64,000 bases of DNA from Camelus ferus. Lineage: Eukaryota. The notes beneath the pieces are model-generated. The model was given only the letters and a program-made list of their open reading frames with translations. It was not told where the DNA came from and ran no database searches. Every line of letters starts with the position of its first letter. Position 1 is the stretch's first letter. Where the stretch lies: assembly GCF_009834535.1 (NCBI RefSeq), contig NC_045697.1, forward strand, positions 31,250,001 through 31,314,000, given 5' to 3'. Position numbers and translations under genes: made by a program. Below are positions 39,700 to 51,794 of this stretch, one piece after another.

Positions 39700-40395
39700 A
39701 TTACACTTTATCTAAATGCCACCTCAATTTTAACACACCCCACATGGCGCAAGCAGGGTTTAGTCTTTGGTGCAGTCTATGCCCCCAGTTTCTAAGGTGG
39801 GCACTTCTTTAGGTCTGACCAGTAAGCATATTCTATTCCACAAGCCATCGCATTTCCCTCATGATGAATATGTGAAATAAGGTGTTTCTGATGAGATAAA
39901 ATACTAAAAATGTTGCTGATCTATTTTACTGGAAAACTCTAGGTCTGTAGGTATCCCTAGTTTTAATTATGATGTGAAGGAACACTCCCACTGGCCTCCT
40001 ACTTGATCCCAAAAGAACAGGGAGCGTGAAGCTCAAGCTTTTATAGAAACTGCCCCACCTCCGCAACTGGGTCATCTGGGCGGAAGGATCTGCTTCCTCT
40101 TACCGCTGATATGATCCGCTCTCTACTCCTCCCTTCTAAATCTAGAGGTGCCAAGAACGACCATAGAGTCAAGAGTGTAAATGAGAAGGACATTAAACTA
40201 GAAGAAAATAGTGCCAAGAGATGGGGGAGAGAGAAATGAGAGAGTCCTTGTGACATCAGTTGTGTTCCCAGACGCAGCTGTGCTTGCAGTAAGCATGTGA
40301 GTGGGATTTTAACCTGCGTGAGTCAACATGTTCTCATGTTTCTTAAGAAGCATGAGCCGGGTGTCTTCCATTTGCTGACAAAAGCCTCTTAATAC
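39700..40395 (+). mobile_element. Old MaLR LTR (MLT1K/L-like)
   Basis: gagccaagagatgg-like segment, gagtccttgtgacatc, gcagctgtgcttg, gtgagtcaacatgttctc and terminal cttaataca; diverged. Confidence 0.55.
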
Positions 40396-40943
40396 ATGCC
40401 CCTAGGAGATGCGCAAATAGCATGCTATGGATATGCTCAGCATTAAAGGGTTGCTTCAGTAAGGAACATTGACCCTGAATAATACTAGAATCCTAAAATC
40501 CCTAAGCTTTAACAATTTTATTATTTATAAAATATTTACATACAACAGCAGAAAATGACATTTTGATCCTTGCTTTTCAACCTACCTTTTGAGGACGCTT
40601 TAACCAGAGGGTTTCTCTACCAGACTGTCCCAGGGTCTCCCCCAACTACAAAGGCTGGGCAGTCGTTCCCTCCTTGGCTCTCCCACACCGCCCCAGCCAG
40701 TTTCCACCTAAATGTATATTTTTACACCCATGTCTCCCCAGTGAGAATGTAGGCAGCACGGAGCGCAGGCAAAGTCACATTCATCCCTGCAAATTTTGCA
40801 CCTGCCACCACGCTGGAAACTTAGCAGTGCTTTATTATTTGTTAAATTCTAGGATCAGGCATTAAAAGCTGGACAGTGGGGTAGTAACACTCGTCAATAA
40901 ATGATATTCCTGTAACTTAGACAAAAGCACGTCAGAGACCAGG

Positions 40944-41256
40944 TATATTCGTTTGCTTAGGGTTACCCTAACGAAGCACCGCAGTCTGGCTGGCTTAAAC
41001 AGAAATGCATTTCTGTTGTTTCCTTCTGAAGGTTCTCTCCTTGGTTTGTAAGTCTATCTTTGATCTCCTCTTTCTGTCTTCATACTTGTGTGCACATATG
41101 TCTGTGTCCGAATTTCCAGTCACATTGGATTAGGGCCCACCTTAAAAGACCTCGCTTTAATGTAATTACCTATTTAAAGATCTAATCTCCAAATACAGTT
41201 ACATTCTGAGGTCCTGGAGGCTAGGGCATCAACATGTAAATTTTAGGGGGGACACA
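40944..41256 (-). mobile_element. MLT1B-type MaLR LTR
   Basis: ggcttaaacagaaatgcattt...ccagtcacattggattagggcccacct...aattacctatttaaaga...tctccaaatacagttacattctgaggtcctgg...tcaacatgtaaattttaggggggacaca. Confidence 0.85.
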
Positions 41257-42719
41257 AAAATGTACAAAATACCTTTTACTTTGGATTGATTCCTATTTTA
41301 TAAAAGTTGAATAGCGTGCAAATGGTGTCATTTCAGTGGCTTGTCCTCTCTATTCAACTCATCCTTGACTGGGAGGTGTTCACTCCATCCCTGACTACCC
41401 CATCGTGATACCTTCTCTAAGTCTGTCCCCCATTCTGGCTGTCCCTCTTCCCACTCTGGCTTTGGCAGGTCCCCAGCCCTGTGCAATCTCCCCTGCTTTC
41501 CTTCATCACCTCTGCCCCTCCACCTCCTTGCGAGGAGCTGCCTCACCTTTCCTTCTCTGCCTGTGGTAGAAGGGTCCATCATTCATTTCCATCCATCTTA
41601 CTTTTTGAGAGCCCTGTTTTTGAGAGAGGGGAGGAGAGGAGATGATAAGCATTAATCTTCAAATGAAAGAAGGGAAGGGGAAGTCTGTTCATCAAGGTCT
41701 GGCCCTAGAAAATGCTGTCTGCAAGACTTGGTGGATCCACCATCTATAATATACACCCGGCAAGTAATTAAACTAAACGTTTATATTCCTCTGCTTATTT
41801 TCCCTTGGATTTCTCACAGCCCCCTTACCTTATCTTAGCAAGGTCTGAGGAAGGGGTGTGGCCAATGAAGAGAATCCTTCTCGTCACAAGCAAATGAAAT
41901 AAATTTGGGGTTTTCATTTAGTGACTGCTATTACAGAAAACAAATATTATTTCCCGGACAGGAACTATCATTGGTCTCTTTCTAGCCAACAGATGATGTC
42001 AGGTTTCTGGTGGCAAATCCCCTCATCTGGCATTTTAAGCTGTTGGCCAGAGTTCCACAGGAAGGAGCACCATTAAATGGCAGCATCCTCTAGAATGGAA
42101 GAAAATTACCCCCAAGACGTATGGCTTAGTTTTTCAGTAAGACTGGACTCGTGGACAATAGAGGATACAAAATTTCAGACTACAAAATATTAGATATTCT
42201 TGCTTTGAAAGTGTTTTGCTAATAATAGTTAACATTTTGTGATGATATGAACAAAGATGTACTGGCTCCATTCTAATAAAAACATCCAAAAACATGAATT
42301 ATAAGGAAGCTACAGTATCATGGTTTTATTGAGCGGTTTACTATTATGTCTGCCATTCAACTATTACGACCTATCATGTACCCTGTTACTCTTTGGAAAA
42401 AATGTGTGCCATTAGTTACCACAATAAAGGTTGTATGCAACTCAGTGAACAGCCATAACCATGACGGAAACCTCATTCAGACTGGAGGACAGTTGAGTCA
42501 GCAGTGTCAAATTTACAGACAAACGACAGCACATTTTCTTAAGAATGCCGGGGATTGAGGATGTTGCTGTATTTCAGCCCTGAGAACTCATAAATGGAAT
42601 TTTGTACATGTGTCATTATTTTTAAGTTTAAAACAATCTCTGTTGGGTTTCAGGCTCCTTTTATTACCTTTCATTTTCATCCTACTGGGACAGTAACAAA
42701 AATAATGATAATATTCACA

Positions 42720-42975
42720 TCATAATAACTGCTGACATTCCCCAAGTGCTTCTGTGTGTTAGGCACTGGGCTGAGCCTTTTCCACGGATTGCTGTACTTT
42801 AGGCTCACCACCATCCTGGAGATTAAGTGCTTCAATTATCCTCATTTTATGAATAAATAAACTGTGCCGAAGGATACTGAGGTAAAACAACCGGCCCAGG
42901 GTCATACAGGTTAAAACTTGCAACACTTAACTTTGTATTCAGTCATTCTGACTCTGGAAATGACACTCTTAATAA
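42720..42975 (-). mobile_element. MIR SINE
   Basis: aggcactgggctgagc...attatcctcattttatgaataaataaactg...gcccagggtcatacag...tctgactctgga. Confidence 0.8.
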
Positions 42976-43996
42976 TTAATTGGAAATTGTTAGGTCAATT
43001 GAAAAAAAAGCCAGTTTATCCGATGTTAAGTTTGACTTACGCAGCCAGCAGTAAACAGGTGCTGGATGGGCCCCTTTAACTTTCCCATGTTTTTTAAACT
43101 CCAGATTTGTTGAGAGTGGAAATTGTCATGCACTCCGTAGCATGCAGGGCATGAGCCCGGTTCAGAACTGGTTTCTTCATCATGCTGGAGGGTTCGAAGT
43201 ACCTGGACTCCATTCAGACCAATAATTGCCTCCAACAATAATAAACCCTCGTGAGCTATGATTAACCTTTTCATTCCAGCTGCACGTACAGGATAAAACA
43301 ACAACTGCAGGAAAGCCATTAAGGGTATTAATAAGTTATGCCGACGGGAAAGATTGAGCAACTTTCAGAATAAATTATTTCTCAAGTAGTCATTCTTTTT
43401 CTGGAAAGATCGCTTGAAGCTCAACACGCCGTCCGTGATTCAGCAGTTATTTCTTCCACCTACAAGAAGGTTAGTGGAAGAGGCAGTGGCTTTCCTTTCT
43501 TTCCACCAGCACATCCATTTTCAGTAAGGATTCTTTCTGGGATTAATATACCAATGCTTTAGTTAATGGATAGATGTTTGTATCAATATCAGTCTGTTCT
43601 GGGACGGGAAACTACAAGACCAGTTCTTCTCTAGGAAAATAAGAAATATGTGCATGTTTTCTATTCATCTATTTACTTCTCTCTCTGGAAAAAATACACA
43701 TCTATATAAAAACATTTTGAAGAATTACTTTCAAATCTCTAAAATACCTTTAAATTCAATGTAAAGAGAGTGAGGGAGAGTAAGTGAGCATACAAGTGAA
43801 CGAAAGATAGTTCATCCCTGAAAGAAGATTTAGACCTGAAATAATAAAACAGTGAGAAAACAATCATAGACTGCAAGATGAGAAAGTATGGTTTTACTGA
43901 CAACTCTACTTGGATTCTTTCTCTTGATTTCTCTCTAGATAAGTTTTGAAACGTTTTTCTTCCTTTTGTTTGCAATTGCTCTCTGCTTTTCAACAG

Positions 43997-44357
43997 TGCA
44001 ATGAACTGAATGTGCACAGCACCCCCTCCCCAAATTCGTATATTGAAATTCTAACCCCTACTGTGATACTGTTTGGAGGTGGGGCTCTCAGAGGTGATTA
44101 GGTCATGAGGGTGGAGTCCACATGAATGGGATTAGTGCCCTTGTGGAAGAGCCCTCCCGCCCCGAGAACTCCTTGTGTCTTCTGCCTTGTGAGGACCCAG
44201 CAAGAACCAGGAGGAAGGGTCCTCAGAAGATACTGAACCTGCTGGCTCCTGGGTCTTGGACTTCCCCAGACTCAGAAGTGCGAGAAATAAATGTTTGTTA
44301 TTTGTAAGCCACCCAGTCCATGTTATTCTGCTATAGAAGCCTGAACAGACTAAGACA
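43997..44357 (+). mobile_element. MLT1A0-type MaLR solo LTR
   Basis: tgcaatgaactgaatg...aaattcgtatattgaa...tttggaggtgggg...gattaggtcatgagggtggag...gagaaataaatgtttg...aagccacccagtc...acagactaagaca. Confidence 0.92.
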
Positions 44358-47300
44358 AGTGCAAACAAAGGAAAATACAAGAAAACGTGATTCCTTTTAC
44401 TCCTGAACCCAATCCCACACCGAAGGCTTTGTCTTGTGAAGTGTGTGGCACTGCGGCGTGACCTGCGATGCCTTACTCATTCACGTTCAGTCAACTCGCT
44501 TCCTGTTTTCTTGAATTTGCCTTTGGTTTCAGTATTTCAACACTTGGGCCAGTGCTAAGGAAGTTACCCAAAGACATCAAACGTTCTTGTTTTATCATTG
44601 ATAACTGAACTAACACTTTTGGAAAAAGCCAAACAGCAGAAATCAGACTTTGTGTTCATTTGAAATGTACATTATTTACAGCAAGTTATTCAGAAGCAGA
44701 CATTCTGAGTAACTGTTTAAGCAGCCCATTGTTAAAAAGTTCTTGATAAAATCTATAATCTCTTCCCTTTAATTAACCAGTTCTGTGGACATTTACTGCT
44801 GATCTTGGGATTGTCAGACCTGTGGCTTTTGCTGGCCCTTTGTTTTGAACTGTTCAAGGCAGATGCCACTTCTTGGTGTTCGTATGCTCTTCATCTCAGC
44901 AATGAGGGAGTGAGAGTAAGAATGCAACATGCCTCATCAGTAGAAAGAAGTTTGTGGACGTCGTGTCTGTGATTTACTGGGAACTGCTCAGGAGCTCAAG
45001 CCACTGTATTTTCTTTTTAAAGCATAAGGTAGCTTTGCCTGCACATATTTCCCCCAGCTCACGCATTGACGGATAATTCATTTTTCATATGGGTCTGCAG
45101 ACACATGAACTTGAAACCTAAGCAATAGCAAGGGCGTATGTAAAAGTGGCACATCGACTGCAGGAAAGTCAGTGGAAACTGGGTAAAGAGAACTTTCCCA
45201 TATTCAAGAAATGTCCTCAATAAAATACCTCCCCATGAATCTTAGTGTTAACCCTGAAAGCTGGTTTTTTGATTTCTCCTTTTTGCAAGAGATCTGATTT
45301 GATTCTGTGATGCAGAAAAAGCCTGTTCTTAAGGCTTTTGTCTCAAGGCCATTTCCATGGTGCTCGAATGCACTTATACTGCTATCCAGGCACTCAAGGG
45401 CTCATAAAAAAATTATGTGCAACAAAGCGCCAAAGGGAAGAGGTGAAAAGCAATCATACACCATTTTAAGAAACAATTCATCATTCGCAGAGGCAGCTAA
45501 CCAGATATTAATTGCCCTGCGAGAAAGAACAAAGCTGTTCCTAAGTCAAAATATTGAGCCTCATGCTGGGTTCTAATGTTATGCATTATTTATCTAAGTG
45601 GCGTCTAGAAATGAAATAATTGTTTGCAGGATTCCACCACCACATACAGCCTAGCAGTTCTGACTCATCCCTCTGACTCATCAGCCCCAAACTGTTCCCT
45701 TTGGGTAAATTAGGCAGAGTGGCAGGATATTGACCATTAAAACAATTTTATGGGGCTAACTTTCCAATTAGCTCTAGATGAAATTTCTGATTTTGGAAAT
45801 GAGTCTCTTGTGATCTCATCAATGAGCTACTCTGCCTTCATGAATTCACCACCAATATATTTGAAAAGAATTCTGCAAAATACTTTGCAACACTGAATAA
45901 TAAGGCCTCATAGAAACTTTGGGTTTAATACTTATGATTTTAAGTCTAAAGGTCTGATTAAATGCTATTATTTCTGCAGTAGCACGTACGGGCTAGTTAG
46001 GTCTTAGCACCATATTTGATACATTAATGAAAGATTCATAATGGAATTGTTGTCAGTGTTTTTCTGGAGATAGAAGAAGGTGTGTCTCTTAAGGGAAGAT
46101 GAATATTTTATTTTTTCAATCCTAATTTTTAGTTAAGTACTATGATTATTATTGCTTAATTATACCAATGTGGCTTCCACATACAGGAAGTAATGTTGTA
46201 CTTGCTTGTAAGTGTGTAATTGTCCTCATTTTAAAAATGTAAGATTTTACTTTGCCATGCTATAAGTATATATTATATGCAGGAATGGCAGCCCTGATTT
46301 TAAAACAAAATTTAAAGCATAATGAGAAAAGCGGAAAAGGATGTCAATTACCCATCCATCCTCAAACTGCTGTTATTTAAAATGATCCTAATGATACTGA
46401 AAATTGCTCCATTTCCTCATTGAGAAAGATGCACTCTGCTTTCATCCTACCTCACAGTCTTTCCAGCTGAAATAAAATGAGTGGGCTAAACTTTATCTAG
46501 AAGGAGGTAAAAATCTCACAAATTTAAATGCATTTGCATTTTAAAGCAAGATGTGTTGCTAACACCTAACATTTTCTTCCCGTCCTCCATTTGCATATAT
46601 GGAGAAATAGTCAAAACTTAGGCCATTTATTTATTATATTCATTCTGCATATATTTACTGTGTCCCAGGCATAATTCCAATATTTGTGATCTGATAAAAT
46701 GGATGAAAATTTCTGCCCAACGGAGCTTGCGTTATTTTGCTGTGCCTTAAGTCAGACCAAGGAGAATCAAAACAAGGTAAATTTTTGTCCATCATCAGAC
46801 GCCCTTTAGATGAACAAAAGGGCACTTGGGAGTCATATCAGTCAGTATTAGGGCAAATCATGTGAATTTAACATCACACACTCATACACACACATAGGCA
46901 CATAACATACAAAATGTGTACATGTAAAGATATATATATGCATGCATGTGCATTTATTATTTTATATATGTGTGTCTATGTGATTGTTTTAAGGCTACAG
47001 TAGCCTTTTAATCATCATATAAGCCCTGGAAAATATATTTTACATTAATAGGAAACACTCTGTAGAGTAAAAAGTATTTTCAAGGTATTGATACCCTATT
47101 AAACATGCTTCTCTTGCTAGTTAATATTTATTTAAGAGATATGCTACAGTTATGAAAGGTTATCTAAAAAAAATCAATACCATCCTGATTCTGGCATCTG
47201 ATAAAATGTGATGCAGTCTTTCTGAATGACTTATCTATTCAAATTCTGTTTTCTCATAAATTGTAAGCTCTTTGCCTACCAGAGCAAATGTTGCAAAACA

Positions 47301-47809
47301 CTATTCATTTATTTCCCAGAGAATTATAAATCTAGAAATAAGAAATATAGGCTATTAAAACTGAATCCTTTTTTTCAGAATTCTGAATGCAGTCATTATA
47401 CAGTGAGGGTAATTAAGCCCTGGGCATGTGTTAGCAGTTATCCTTGGCTGCAGAAGCCATTTGTAATTTTTCTTTGCAAAGCTCATATAATTTCTCTTTA
47501 TATCCAGAAAGTAAAAGCTCCATAGAATTAGGTGAGCACGGAGATATACAGCAGAAACTTATTTTTGGGTCGGGAAGTTTGCCACTCTCTGACCTTCTAC
47601 ATGTTTACTGTATCAAGTACCTGTGGAGGATACACAGGCTACATGGGAAAAACAACCTCATAGGTAAAATTCATCGGTAACCTAGATTACAGAGTTAATG
47701 TCAATGTTGGGTCCAGTTATAAATCACTAAATGGTGTGTGGGTGGATCATGGATGGGGGCTTGAGCTGGAGGAACTATGCTTTGATGAGAAGGCTTATTT
47801 CACAGAAGT

Positions 47810-47985
47810 GAGAACATAGATTTTGATGAGACCATACTAGTTTTTAATCTCAGCTCTATGATTTGCTGTATCTGTGACCTTAAAAGTCATTTAATCCATC
47901 TGAGCCCTGTTTACTCATTAGTAAAATGTGAATAATAATCCCAGCCTTGCAGAGTTGTGAGGGCTTGTTAAGAATTTAGTAAGTG
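47810..47985 (+). mobile_element. MIR SINE fragment
   Basis: aatctcagctct...tgtgaccttaaaagtcatttaa...tctgagccctgtttactcattagtaaaatgtgaataataat...cagagttgtgagg. Confidence 0.75.
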
Positions 47986-48365
47986 TTGTTGAATTACTGA
48001 GAATGCTCTTATTTCATGAGTAGTCAAGTTTTGTTGACTGCTGTAATCTTCCTTCTCTAAAGGAGATGGGGAAGGTATGGGGGCAAAGAGGAATTTCCAG
48101 GGCAACGGTGGAAGTGCTGATGAGCCAGTTGTCAGAACAGCTAAAGAATGGTGGTAATTGCTTTATTGGGCACTATCTTTAGGATTTGTGGCATGAGGTC
48201 CTCACTCTTTAGAAATGGAAGAACTTAGACTGAAGTTAGACCTAGCCCAATCACAGTTATAACAGCATCCTCTTAACCCAGTTCATCTGGAAAGTGGCAG
48301 TCAGTCTCAGACTCAAAACTCAAGTTCTTGATTTCTAAATTCGCTAAGAAATCTGAGATAACTCT

Positions 48366-48820
48366 GTATTAATTTTCTGCTGTCACAACAAATCACTACA
48401 AGCTTAGTGGGTTAAAAATATAATTCACCATTTTCAGAGGTTAGGCGTCTGGGTATCACTTAGCTGAGTTCTCTGCTCCAGGTCTCACAAGGCTACAAAC
48501 AGGGTGTCAATCAGAGCTACAGTCTCATCTGAAACTTGAATTTTCTTCCAAGTTCATGTGGTTGTTGGCAGAAATCAGTTCCTTGCCATGGGATGACTGA
48601 GCTCCTCAGATCCCAGAGGCTGCCCCTTCCCTAGAAAGTTGACAACACGGTTGTTTGCTTCTCCGTGGAGGCCAGCAGGAGAATCTCTGGTACTTCACCT
48701 TCTTTATAGGTCTCACTTTAACAAGTGAGACCCACTCAGGGTTATCTCCTTTTGATTAACTTAAAGTTAACTGATTAGAAATCTTAATTATGTATGCAAA
48801 ATCCTTTTAGCTTTGCCATG
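48366..48820 (-). mobile_element. MLT1D/E-type MaLR LTR
   Basis: tgtattaattttctgctgtcacaacaaatcactacaagcttagtgg...ggtctcacaaggct...gttgttggcagaaatcagttccttg...aactgattagaaatcttaattatgtatgcaaaatcc. Confidence 0.85.
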
Positions 48821-48834
48821 CAATCCTTTTAGAC

Positions 48835-49030
48835 TTGCCAGATGAAATACAGTACACTATGAATACGAATATATGTATGTATAAGCATGACTGGGACATT
48901 GTGCTGTACACCGGAGATCAACACATTGTAATTGACTGTACTTCAATTAAAAAAAAAAGAGTTAATGTACAAAGCACACAAAAAATGAACACTCACTTAA
49001 ATGTGAATTTCAGATAAGCAATAAAGAATA
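48835..49030 (+). mobile_element. MER53-like DNA element fragment interrupted by a very short L1 3' end (~48860-48985)
   Basis: ttgccagatgaaatacag ... ttaaatgtgaatttcagataagcaa (MER53 start) split by gtatgtataagcatgactgggacattgtgctgtacaccggagatcaacacattgtaattgactgtacttcaattaaaaa (L1 3' terminus). Confidence 0.75.
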
Positions 49031-50543
49031 TGTATCTATGTGTGTGTATATATATATATATGCTTTTTTTTCCTGGATACTTCTTGTCCTTCTAAACTTT
49101 CAATCCACATCCTTTTAATAAACATGCTATTTTCCTTCTGGATAACCTCCAATCTCTTAGGTTCTCTCTCTTTTTTTTTTTTTTTTTTTTCCAGTCCATG
49201 TATCAAAACTAAGTCAGGACAAAATCTAGGTGTTTTGTTTAGTAGACAAGCTCTAAGCTCTATTTATTCTTCTATCCTTTCTTCCTTCCTCCCTCCCCCA
49301 TCCCTTCTTTCCTTATGTCTTTCCTCCTTTCTTTCTTTCCTCGTTTAGCCACAGCCTACCCCTCTACGGTTACCATTGGCCAGTCTGCTTCTGTTTCTTT
49401 TCATTTCTCATTGCTCGTTTATTCCATCTCCCTGACTCAGAAGGCATTTAAGTTGTGATCCCTGTTCCAGTTCATTGTCTGTGTCTGGCTTTCACTTGCC
49501 ATCCTATGGGAATAGGACACCCTGCGTAGCCATGTTGACATCAACAGTCCTCCAAACCTTGAGCTCCTTTCTTCGATCTTCTCCGCTGCTGTCCTCTGCT
49601 TCCCAGTGCCCCAGCCTCTATCATCTGCCAGAGATAAAGTTACCCAACTCAACATGTAGTTTCAACAACTTTGTGGCTCTTCAGCCTACGCACTGCAGTC
49701 AGTGATGAGATGTGTCTTTCTTGGGTAGCATATACACCACAGGAGTCTAGCTTAAGCATTTTTATTTCACTTATTACTCTTCCCTGAGAACAGTCCAACC
49801 CCAATAACCTTGATTTCCCAATTTGCAGCCTTAAAATTAGTTCTCTTTCAGTACTTATCTTCTCTCTTTCCTTTCTGTGAGTGGGGAAGATTGTCTGTCT
49901 CGATCTCCAAGGCTGATCTTCTGCCTGAAATCTCTTGTTGCTTTAATATGGGTTGAGAATAAGAAGACATGTTTTTTCAATCTTGCTTTTCAAATATCTG
50001 TCTCAAATCTAAATTTCTACTGATGGAGCTTAATTGGTCTTCACATCAAGTTTTGGTCTGAAAATTCATATATTTGTGTAGGAGAAGAAATTCTTGGTGG
50101 CTTATGCTTCCCCAGGGTTCCTTCTTAAGCCTCCAGTTGGGCTATTGATACTTTGTCACTTCCAGTTATCCTGTGTCTTTATGTGTCTATCTTACTCCTG
50201 GTCTGTAATCAATTCCAAGACCGAGACATGGACTTACCAATGTTTTTATCTCCAGTATCTGATACTTGATGCATACTTGATTTTCATGAGTGATTATGGA
50301 AGAAATAAATGCCAAGCTGTTTTATACTTATACTACAATGCTTTATATGTTTGTGTTTGGTTCAGAGTTTTGGGTAGTGTTCAAATGAAGAGGTGAGCTG
50401 CTATCTGGGACTTGACAGATCAGTAGAACATCCGTGTATAATAATAATATTTTCTTAATCAGTTTTAAATAATAAATTATTAAATAGTAACAGCAATGAT
50501 TAGTAACAGTTGCTGTTAATTTTTCATGAGTCAGGATATGCTA

Positions 50544-50843
50544 AGAGGTCGGCCAACTATAGCACGGGTGCCAGATCCAGCCTGCCAACCATTTTTGTAC
50601 ATTTCATGAGATAAAAATGATTTTCAAATTGCTGGAAAAAAATTCTGTAGAATAATAATATTTTGTGACACATATTTAGACTTCAGTTTTCATGATTCAT
50701 TTGAATTTTATTAACAAACTACTTATGTTTTTTCTCTCTCTTCTTTAATAAGTATTTGCATAATATCCTCAGATTTGCCTCTTGGCCCACAGACCATAAA
50801 TATTCCCTATCTAGCCCTTCAGAGAAAAAGTTGACCGACTCCT
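50544..50843. mobile_element. MER58-type hAT-Charlie element inserted in a MIR
   Basis: Terminal inverted repeats agaggtcggccaact / agttgaccgactcct; internal ccagatccagcctgcca and ttgcctcttggcccaca...ccttcagagaaaaagtt. Confidence 0.88.
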
Positions 50844-50953
50844 ACTCTATATGATTGACATCATAAAAGGCAAAGTGGGTGGTCCACGCTGACACAGTTA
50901 GTATGTGGCTAGATGGGAATTTTAACTCAAGTTGAGTGATTCAAAATTCTTAT

Positions 50954-51794
50954 TACCTCACACTAGTCAGAATAGCCATCATTCAAAAGTCCATGAATGA
51001 TAAATGTTGAAGAGAGTGAGGAGAAAGTGGAACGCTCCTACACTATTGGTGGAAATGTAGTTTGGTGCAGCCATTATGAAAAACAGTATGGCAGTTCCTT
51101 AAAAAACTGTAAATAGACTTACCATATGATCCAGCAATCCCACTCCTGGGCATATTTCCAGAGGGGACTCTAATTGGAAAAGATAACATGCACCCCAATG
51201 TTCACAGCAGCACTATATACAGTAGCCAAGACATTGAAACAACCTAAATGTCCATCAACAGATGATTGGATAAAGAAGATGTGGTATAGATATACAATGG
51301 AATACTACTCAGCCATAAAATAATAAAATAATGCCATTTGCAGCAACATGGGTGGACCTAAAAAGTATCGTATTAAGTGAAGTAGGCAAGAAAGAGAAAG
51401 AAAAATACCATATGATATCACTTATATGAGGAATCCAGAAAAGTGACACAAATGAACTTATTTACAAAACAGAAACAGACTCACAGACATAGAAAACAAA
51501 CTTATGGTTACCTGGGGTGAATGGGGGTGGAGGGATAAGTTGGGAGTTTGGGGTCTGTAGATACAAACCACAATACATAAAACAGATAAACAAAAAGGTC
51601 CTACTCTATAGCCCAGGGAATTGTATTCAATATCTTGTAATAGCCTGTAATGAAAAAGAATATAAAAAGGAATACATGTATTCATAACTGAATCACTATG
51701 TTGTACACCAGAGGTTAACATAACATTGTAAACTGAGTATACTCTAATAAAAAGGTAAAAACAGAAATAAATTAAATAAAATTGTGTCTCAAAA
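50954..51794 (+). mobile_element. Lineage-type L1 3' end with 12-bp TSD
   Basis: tacctcacactagtcagaatagccatc...atatgatccagcaatcccactcctggg...3' UTR and A-rich tail. TSD caaaattcttat at 50942-50953 and 51795-51806. Confidence 0.97.

Noticed and set aside
31993..46518. Exact 16-mer ggaggtaaaaatctca at 31993-32008 and 46503-46518
   Set aside because: Roughly one such match is expected by chance in 64 kb of AT-rich DNA, and the flanks are unrelated.
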